This document shows, one piece after another, positions 53,135 to 64,000 of a stretch of 64,000 nt of DNA. The notes under the pieces are model-generated. The model had not been told where the DNA came from. It saw only the letters and a list, made by a program, of their open reading frames with translations, and made no database searches. Source of the stretch: the human T2T-CHM13v2.0 reference genome, Homo sapiens. Position 1 is the stretch's first letter. Every line of letters starts with the position of its first letter. The DNA is taken from the NCBI RefSeq assembly GCF_009914755.1, contig NC_060926.1; one strand, given 5' to 3'. Both the position numbers and the translations under genes were made by a program.

Positions 53135-54689
53135 GGTCGATCATTCAAAACCATCCCCACTAACTGGAGAAACAAACTTTAAAAGTATTTTTGCAGACTT
53201 CGGATGAATGGTATCATTTTCTATGTGATGACCAGCCTGGTGGACAGACCAGCTGAGAAAACAACTTATTTCTTGCAAAGCAGCCCTATTTTCCTTGTGG
53301 CCAGAAATTGTACAGAACATTTTTCTACACGTTTACCTCTGCCTCCCAGATGAATACTATCACCATACCCTTCAGGGAGGCCCCTCTGTAGAATGATACT
53401 AGGAAGTGTTTGCTAACAATGCAGGAATCAAGGGCCCATTAGATTTGCCCAGGCTCATGCTCACACCTTTAAGCCATGCTTGAGGAAACTAATGGAATTT
53501 GGAATTCAGAATTCAGGCCTCTGCTGTATCAGCCATATGGGAGCTTTCCCGAACATAACAAACAGAACTGCTTGAGGCCCTGAGATTGTGCCAACGATAT
53601 GTTCACTTGGGAGTCAATTTCTGGGCTGGGACTGCCACTGCCAATTTTCATGACTTTCGAGGGTCAGCTCAAAATTGTGACCTGGAACTTTTAAGGGATG
53701 CTGAGCCTGCATGAGAGGCAGGGGCACATGCAGGAGCCAGAAAGATGGGGGCTAGGGCTAGAGGGGGCAGGAATCCCTGGGCACAGGCCAGCGTTTCCTC
53801 CCATCTTCTCATTTCTCTCAGACTTTGAATCAATACAGTAAGAAAGCCCCAAACCCTCAGGATCATTTGACATGGTCCCTGGCCTAATACACTGGAAGCT
53901 GTAATTTTCTGGAAAGGACAGGCTGCTCCCAGTTTTTGGCTGGTTCAGTCCTTCAGTGATATATTTAATTGATAAGGGCTCGGCCATCTCCAAAACAGGA
54001 ATAGCCCACTTCCTTTACCTGTCTCCCAAGAGATGTATGCAAAGTGTCTTAATACAGAGCTTCCTGGACACCCACTGTTTTATAAGTGTCACTATAGCCA
54101 CTGGTGAGCTGGCAATGCAGTTTTCTTAAAAGCAAACCAAGCAGAAACCTCCAAAGAGTCCATAAAAACTGGCTCCTGGGGATGAGGCTGTAAAACCCAT
54201 GTCTTCACCCAGGCCTTTTTGTGATAGGTCACAGAAGCTGGCATCTTTTCAGTTGCTCGGCATGTTTCTTATGGAGCTGGGCAGGAGAGCAGGACCCCCC
54301 TCCTCCTTCCCAGTTTCCAGCATTCTCCGAGGTCAGAGGACTCTGGAATAGACCGTGACAAAGGCTGGAAAGATGGAATCTGGCATGTGAGCTCCCACCT
54401 CCTGTGAATTCTGTGGGTGGTTGCAAAGTTCTGCTGACAGCTCAGAGCAGGTTCAGAGACAGCATTCAAAACAGCTCTGAGCCTCTGATTCAAAGCGCTG
54501 GTGGCCTCTGCTCCAAGGCAGTTAATGGACACTCAGGCTCTTCATGGCTACAGGGTGAGGCTTGTGTGGCAGGAGCTGCTGCAGGGGTATCTGAAAATGG
54601 TCGAGACTGTGGTCTGCAAGAGTCTCTGGCTTTGGAAACCTGCCAATGATGTCATCCAAGTGGTGACGGTGGTGCTTGTTACACTGACA

Positions 54690-54930
54690 TTAGATAATAG
54701 TTACATTAGCGCCTGCCATCCTTGGACACTAACTCTGTGTCAGACGCTGGGCAGGAATTCTTCACAGTTATCTCATTTAATCTCTTAGGAGCTCTAAGAG
54801 GTAGGAATTGTTGTTCCCATTGCACAGATTAAAAAACTGAGATTCTAGCAAGTGAATTATCTTGTTCTAGGTTTGGTAAATAACAGAGATGAGGTTCCAA
54901 CCTAGATCTGTCAAATTCCGAGTCCACAGC
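54690..54930 (-). mobile_element. MIR
   Basis: ataatagttacatt...tctcatttaatctc...cccattgcacagattaaaaaactgagattc. Confidence 0.75.
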
Positions 54931-56277
54931 AAGGGTGAGTCCTTGGGACAGCCAGGGGACCCTCAGCTCAGTACACTCTTTACCATCTAAGAGGGCTCCC
55001 TGTTTCCACACATACAACCCCCACCGCCCAACTAATCTGATTCTTACAGCCACCCTGGGCAAAAGGCACGAGGGTGCCCGTGTCTCCTTTGTAGCATAGC
55101 CAGGCAATGCGGAATGAAGAGCTACAGGGCATGCTCAGAAGATTAGCTAGTGTGTGCCTGAGCTTGGGCTTGGGATTGGGATTTCTAGGCTGGCACTCCC
55201 TTATCCACCCCTTGAAGACTCCTGCAAGTGGGAAGTGCCTCAGAGCATGGGGCTTGGCCACCATGGTGTCTGCCTGCTGTGTGTGCCTGTGGAGCCTGAC
55301 CGGTGATGTCTCTTCCGTTTATGAGGTCTTCCTTTGGTAGGGGCATGAGAGGGGCTTATATGTGTGGAGGAGCCTGGGACAAACCGGACCTGGGAGTCTC
55401 CTTCTTCCTTGCATTTTCACATGGGTGAAAATGAACATTGGTTCTTGTGGTACTGGGATAATGCAAGACTCTTCCCATTTTACAGATGAGAAAACAGGCA
55501 TGGAAAGCAGAAGGAAATAAAAGCCCATTTTTTCGATAGGAAAAGACACAGACACTAGGATCCTAGAGCAAGAGTCTGGTGCTGATCCTCATGGCATCTT
55601 ACCAACTGAGTTAGGATAACTGGGACCTTGAGGCCTCATCCATGATGACTTGGCTCCGTGTATGTTTGTGGGCATGGGCTCGGTGACAGGCCAGGGGCTG
55701 GAGCCCCATGTTGAGTTAAATCATATGCCACTGAGTCTTCTGGTGTCAGGTACATCATCTCATTTAAAAGATTTTTTTTCGTTCATTTTCATGTATTATA
55801 AAAATCTTTTGAGCATGCGCATATACTCCTGTCAGTCTGATATTAAGTATTAGTAAAATTCAATATCTTATTTTAAAATTAGTGATAAATATAAGAAGCC
55901 ATGTTAATAGTACCGCAGGTAATCATTTTGAATATCCTGGGGTGACAGCACTCTGTTTTGGGACACAATAGCTTAGCCCATTGCTGTATTGGGAGATCCA
56001 TGCTCTTGAGTGACCCTTCTCGCTTTGGTCCAACCCATTAATGGCCTCCAGTGCAGACATCCCTTATGTTACCATGCAAGGCTGCTGACCGAGGTCCCAG
56101 GGGACCCCTCCTTACCAAGGCTGGGGAGTCTCATTCCCTCTTGTCTGCTGCCACCCAAGAACAAGACTTTGATCACAATGTGCGAGACCCTGAATCCTAG
56201 ATTTTCTTTGTTGCCCTTGCCTCTTTTATGAAGTCCCCTTTTCCCAGCCTGAGTGCTGCCTCTCATTCAGTCCACTA

Positions 56278-56595
<318 letters not shown>

Positions 56596-59199
56596 GCAGA
56601 TGTTTTTGGCCCACAATTAAACCTTCTTTCAGCACTTAGTGGCTCTGGTTACAGAGTTATGCATTTACCCCTTACAAATTGCTGTCATCAGATACAAAGC
56701 ACTAAATGGCATCCTGGAGGTGGCTCCTTTAGCTACTCCCACCCTCAGCTCCTGTCTCAGCCCCCTTCACTACACCTGATCAAGTTGGGCCTTCGAGGAG
56801 CAAGCTGCTCTTCTCTCCTCTCCTGACGTGGCCGCTGTTTGCAGGCTGTGGCTGATCCTGTGTCCTCTTTCTGTCCTTGGTGGAGGTGGTGGTGAGAGTC
56901 TCTTTCTAATACTCCACAACCCCCTCAGGTAGTATCTGCTGTTACTTTCCCAAAAGCACCACAGGACTCTCCAGAGCTCAGCTGAAAGATCTCTAACTGC
57001 CTTGACCCTCCCAGCCAACCCCCTGTATCATATTCCTTTAAGCAATTTCCCATGGAAGGATTCCCAGTATATGCATTTGCCTGTTCATAGAATTGTACAG
57101 CTTTCAAAACAAGCCTCAGTGAGCATATACATCCTAACACATCTGGTACTTGCTTCCAGTTGGGGAGTGGAAGAACAGAGGTGGGTGGGGTATGATCCCT
57201 GAACTCACGACTCCTGGAGAGAGGAGACTCCTTTCCCAAAAATCCCAAGGCCCTTTGGGACAGCACATCAGACCTAGTACCTTCAGACCAAGTTCCTGTC
57301 TAGCGCCTCCCACGCAGGCCTCCATAATAAGGAGGTGACATGGGTTGGGTATTCAAATTGGCCGTCTCATGGGCCACAGTGTGGAAATAATTGAAGTCTT
57401 TTAACAGAGGTGTCTAAGAGAGCGATTAAAAGGGAATTGCAATTATTGAGCCCAGAGGTAAAATTTCAGAACTGGCCTATAAATCCTGGTCTGACACGAA
57501 ATTTAAAACTCCCCAATGGTCTTCAATACCATATTAAAAGGATTTTAATACTAAGAAGTAGAAATAATGAATGATAATCAGGGTATTGTTTCTGGGAGCC
57601 GGGGCAGCTCTGAGGGCCGGGCTGGTGGGAACCGCAGGTTAGAGTTGGGCTGTGTTTTACATCCCTCCCTTCACAAGAGATCAGTGGAGGAAGGGAAGGC
57701 AGACTTTGGCAGCGGGTGTTGAGTGAAAGCCTGGCAGAGCCATTCCCAGGTGAACTCCAGCCCAAACTCTGCTGAAAGCCAGAGGCACAAACAGCCCGTG
57801 CCTGTTACACAGCTGCTCTGGGTCAGATTGTGTGGGGGGCCAGGGGCTGGCTAAGGGCTGGGAGTTTATGGGCTGTGGGAACCTCTGGCCTCCTGTGAGC
57901 CTTGCAGAACAACTTCCCCACAGGCCTGTGCCTACTCGGCGTCTGGCCCAGCGTGAGCAGATGCTTGTGCATAGAGACACAGCATGGTCCAGAGGAAGAA
58001 TACCCGAGTGATGGTCTGGAGATCCCAACTCAAGAGCCAGACTCTTCACTGGCTGGCTGTGGGCGAGTCACTCCACTTCTTTCCTTGTGGTTTCTTTATT
58101 TTATTAACCCTTTCACAGGACTGTTGAAGGATTAAATGGTAGAATGAATAGAAGAGTGCTTTGAAGATACACCGTATAATAGGTTTCTATTTTTTGGTTT
58201 CTAGTGCCCATTTTGATATGGTCATTCTCTTCTGGATTTAAGTCTGTTCCCTTCAAATCTGATGACCAAAATACAGCTAGATGACTCTTGAAGCTTTGTT
58301 CAGCTACAGAAGTCTAGGACAATGGTGGTACCTTGTACTGGTCTGGCAGGTGCAGGGAATCCTAGGGCCAGTTCTCCCTGAGGTCTGGGCTATGCATCTG
58401 TAGCCTCTTGGAGGGTTCTCTCGCCAAGCAGCTCCAGCACACCATCGCTTTCTGTTCACATGTGATCACCACAAATCCCTCCTCCTCCCTACCCGCTCTT
58501 TGTTACCCCCAATTCTTTTCCCACAAATGATTACCGAACCAGATCTCCTAGATTCTGTAGGTTGTGGCTCAAAGCAGCTGGTTGTTTTGAACCTGAGTGT
58601 GGGGGCATGGTGCTTTCTGCAGCAAATTTTAACTACTTGGTTGCCAGAATTTAGTCTGTCATCTGTGAAGTTGGCTTTGCTCCTGAGCTTTGAATCATCA
58701 GCAGACCAGGCCACTCATAAAATGAGATGATAACCACACAGCTTCTAGCACCGTACCTAGAAGGTGGTAAGTGCTGAACAAATGTTAAATTCTGTTTCTG
58801 CCACCCTCTCAGTCACGCATCAAAAACACAGAAAAGCCAAAGGCCAAAGCGGAATCCTTTGGCACTTTTATCTGAGATGCCTTCCAGATGGGCAAGACTT
58901 ACTCACTATGCCTCTTTGGATAAAAGTGTTCAATTTGCCACAGACTCACCTACCAGAATATCAGGAAAGCATTGTCCAGTGGGTTGCCTAAATCAAGTTA
59001 TTCTGTGTCTGTTCCATTCCTCTACCCTACTAAGCTCATGACGCTCCTGAAGAGGGTCTTTTTATTCTAAGTGAGCCTGTGTTGACACTTGGAATTACCA
59101 TATTCTCCTCCAAAGGTTCCAAAATCACTTCTTCAACAACTGTTTAGAATGTTACTGCGGTTAATCTTTTTAAATTAAAACAATTGGTGGGAGGGTGGG

Positions 59200-59594
<395 letters not shown>

Positions 59595-59627
59595 CTAAAA
59601 ATAAAATTGTCTATAAAAGGAGTTGTA

Positions 59628-59931
59628 GGCCGGGCATGTTAGCTCACGCCTGTAATCCCAGCACTTTGGGAGGCCGAGGTGGGTGGATCGTCTGAGGTTA
59701 AGAGTTTGAGACCAGCCTGGCCAACATGGTGAAACCCCATCTCTACTAAAAATACAAAAATTAGCCAGGCATGGTGGCACATGGCTGAAATCCCAGCTAC
59801 TCGGAAGGTGGAGGTGGGAGAATCACTTGAACCCAGGAGGCGGAGGTTGCAGTGAGCCCAGATCATGCCACTGAACTCCAGCCTGCGTGACCCACGGAGC
59901 AAGACTTCGTCTCAAAAAAAAAAAAAAAAAA
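59628..59931 (+). mobile_element. AluS
   Basis: GGCCGGGCATG...A18 tail. Confidence 0.96.
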
Positions 59932-60224
59932 GAGCTCTAATCAAACTTGCCTAGTTTCCTCTTAAATAAATAACATATAAATATTTACTCAAACAGAACA
60001 CCTTACAGTGCATGCAGAGTTGATATACAAGATGACTTTAAACAACAATTAACAAGGCCATCCAGCATGTGGAGAACCTGTTACATCAATGTGTAGCAAC
60101 TGTTCTAGAGGTAGGGCAAAAAAAGAATAAGACAAGAATTCTACCTTCAAGGAATCTTTAGTGGTGAAAACTGCAGAGTAGTATGAAATAAAAAGCAAAT
60201 AAGCCCAAGGCACCTATAAGCAAT

Positions 60225-60335
60225 TTCATTGAATTCAACAAACATTTATTGAGTATAGTGTGCGCCAGGCATTGTAGTAAGTACTGGACAGAGATGATGA
60301 GACAGTCTCTGCCCTGGAGGAACTTGTGTTCAAGA
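60225..60335 (-). mobile_element. L2 3'-end fragment
   Basis: ttcaacaaacatttattgagta...gtgcgccaggcattgt...ctgccctggaggaactt. Confidence 0.75.
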
Positions 60336-62224
60336 GTTTTCATACTAAAACTGTCTAAATGCTGAGAAAAATCAAAGAAAGTGAGAGCCCAGTGCAGCAT
60401 GGGACAGGATGAATGAATTAACTGGGGAAAGAGAAAACTGAAGAAAGATGTTCCAGGTAGGTATCATGCCACGAGGAAAAGCAGCACTCAAGTCTTCCCA
60501 CCCAGCCCCAAGGAGGAGGACTGAGAATTTCTTGTAGGGGACGAATATGGGATTCCATCACCTGATTGCTCAAGACTTTTAAAGCTCAAATGCCCTAGAT
60601 GGAGACAATGATCAAAATGTTGAGAGAAAAGTAGTTCAAGTTTAAAAGAATAGATAATGCTACAGGTCAGGGAAGCCATTTCAAAATAAGATTCTTTTTG
60701 ACAATGTCTCTTTAAATGACGTGACTCTGGGGACTTTTCCTCGCTAAGCATCTGCCACCCTACACAATAATTAGCCAGCTACACATTTTCTTTGTTGTTC
60801 ATTAAAGATTAATGAGAGGCAGAGCTTAAGGTCTAGTTAGATGGAGAAACACTGAAGGGGTCATTTGAACCTTTCATATCTGTTCCTTTCGAAACTCTGA
60901 TGAGCAGGTTTTCAATACAACAGCAGCTGTCTGTGTCTTCTAACCTACAATATGCCTTTGGTGGAAACTCAGATGTTTCTGGCATGCTGTCTCCCACCAT
61001 CAGCTAAAAAGCACATGCATGAAAGGAGGCAGAACAGCTGTTTGGAGCTCTGCGGTGGGTGGAACATGTTTCATGCTGGGGTGACGGGGCATTTTCAGCA
61101 AAGCGTGTCTCCCCACTTTGTGTTGAGTTCCTACGGCACCATCAAAGAGAAATGCCAGGTATCAAGGTGCCACTGTGCAAACACAGCAAGGTCTGGCCAA
61201 TTTGGAAGCTAGCCCTCCTTTACCTATTTATTTTGTTCTAACTGTTAGAGTTTTTCTAATTCTTCACTCTGCAGACAGCCACCACACTGGGAGAGGCAGA
61301 GAGGTGATAAAGAGAGGGTTTACTTAACAAAAGGGATAAAAGGAAAACTAATGGAAATTTAAATACTTCTAGTTAAAAATAGGCAGCTGAAATAATGAAG
61401 ATAGAAATGATAGAAGACCCTGGAATAATTAATGCCCTTCTGGTACTTAGCAGGTCCTGGCCCTTTAAGATTAGCTCACATGAATGGATTTCGGCTGGTT
61501 TAGATCTTTCTACTCAGAATGATGCCTGGGTTGGTCCACTTCCTGCTCTTTTTCCTCTTTCGGTTTCTGAGTCTGTGTTTGGCATCTTTTAGCATCTTGT
61601 ACAATGCCATGTACCCAGAGGAGCTCAAAGGCCATTAATAGATGATGTTGATGATGCCAATAATCAGAGCTAGGAGCTGTGATTGTATTATAAGCAAAGC
61701 ATTTGAATAATTGCAGAGCCGACAAGGCCCAGAGTGACATTTCTCCATCCCTATTACTGATGAGCACGACCTTGGGACAAGTCAACACCTATTGTTCCCC
61801 CAGGATGGAATGTAGGGAAGTCTGGGGCGGCCTCTATAGCAAAGGCTGAAGGAATGCATCATTCCACCAAATCAGCCTCCCTGGATCATCTCTAGTCCTC
61901 CCTAGGAACTCTGATCTCCCAAATCCCTCCCTCACCTCCTGTTTCCATTTCTTCCTCCAGGAACCCTTTTGTATAAGGACTTGTTAGGATTTGAGGTGGA
62001 ATGAGAATCTACGAGGCTATGAGCTGAGATATTCCCAGCCTGTCTCCAAGTTTGCCTTCAGTAAACAGGTTCCTCTTAGGCTCAGAAGCCTCATTCTGAG
62101 AGGCCTCATAGAAATGAATAGAAGCTGACCGATTGCTGATTGTACCTGTGTTCCTTTGCAGAGCCTGCATGGAGCTGGGAGGGTACCCAATTCATGGATT
62201 TTCTGTATTAGAAAGTTAAAACAA

Positions 62225-62535
<311 letters not shown>

Positions 62536-62934
62536 TCATGAAAGATCTGGCCTGTATAATGATCCTGCTTCCCATCCTGGCACAGTCTGTTCTTTTTCTT
62601 CTTCTGCACATTCTGGTTTTGTCCATGTATCAGCTGTCCTGATTAGCAGCACATCTTATTTTGTGCATGAAGTCCGCGTGCTGCATCACTTGTGGTTCAT
62701 CCTCAGTCCTGGACCGGTAGACCTGTCCTTCAACTCTCCAGCAAACGTGTCTAACTGCCTACGATTCAACTTTCTGATCTGAAGCAGCTCTTTATCTTCT
62801 TAGAAGAGCATGTTTTCTGCCAGGTTCAACCATAAATAAACCTATGAATCAAATTTGTCTCCTTTGGGTGAGATATACAACATCCAGATGAAGGATCCAG
62901 AAGACCTGACTTTCTAATTCCACCTTTGTCATTA

Positions 62935-63175
62935 TTCACAGTTAACATTTATTGAACTCTTATTAAGTGGCAGACATTGTGTTAAGCACTTCTAAGCCAT
63001 TATCTCATTTAACATTCGCCCCTACCATATGAAGTAGGTTTATTATGATGAAGAAACAGAAATTCAGGAAAGTCAGATGACTTGCTCAAGATCACACAGC
63101 TCGTAATAGAGGCTGAGTTTGAATTCAGGGCCCAGGCCTGTCCAACTTCAAAACCACTGCTCTTAACTGTTACCT
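62935..63175 (-). mobile_element. MIR
   Basis: aacatttattgaact...tatctcatttaac...gacttgctcaagatcacacagct...tttgaattcagg. Confidence 0.8.
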
Positions 63176-63629
63176 TTTATGGTCTCCTAACCCACGAGGA
63201 ACCAAGCAAGGCTCTTTGGATCTCTGGGACTGTCTTTATATGCAAAGTAAGGGAGTAGGTCTAGGGCTTTCCTTGGTCCATTCAGTTCTCACATGCTGTG
63301 GATCAATTCCCTACACACCCTTTGACCCCTGCAGCCTTTTCTACCCTACCTTCCATTCAGAGCTTCCCAGGGCTATGCCCTCTTCCTATGGACCCCTAAC
63401 ATTTCACCGATGTGTCATGTCATGATGGCCTAGCTGCTCATCGCATCACCTGGTAGACTCCTCCACCTTTTTCTACCTCATCTCTGGGTGAGTGTGGAGC
63501 TGAAAAAAGGAATTAAGCCAAATAAAGACCAATTACTAGGAGAGTAGCTTTGGAAACCAAGAAGTCCCAGAGACTGTATAACTAGAGGCAGAGAAAGATA
63601 TCCCACCATGATCAAAGGAGAAAGAGTGA

Positions 63630-63996
<367 letters not shown>

Positions 63997-64000
63997 GGAA

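Overview
Primate genomic DNA, almost certainly human (dense Alu, MIR, L2, MaLR and ERV1 LTR content). The only convincing coding sequence is one 128-bp minus-strand exon at 39320-39447. It encodes [42 protein letters not shown], which I recognise as the C-terminal part of the first MAM domain of the receptor tyrosine kinase ALK (exon 5, chr2p23, from memory of the gene structure). The window is therefore partial ALK intron 5 (1-39319), exon 5, and partial intron 4 (39448-64000). All other listed ORFs are repeat-derived or chance. I found no evidence of a new multi-gene system. The best candidates for undescribed function are cis-elements: (1) a ~15-copy 17-bp minisatellite with five consecutive perfect TCAAGGTCA (ERR/NR5A) nuclear-receptor sites next to two ERV1 LTRs; (2) the only sense-oriented LTR (MSTA), which has a mutated poly(A) signal, an intact splice donor and two Alus serially inserted at its TATA-like box; (3) inverted Alus bracketing exon 5; (4) a 214-bp, 92%-identical local duplication; (5) an in-frame intronic ATG with a hydrophobic leader just upstream of exon 5; (6) a MADE1 hairpin with compensated changes in both arms. 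Repeat family names and old-repeat boundaries are by eye and need RepeatMasker/Dfam confirmation.
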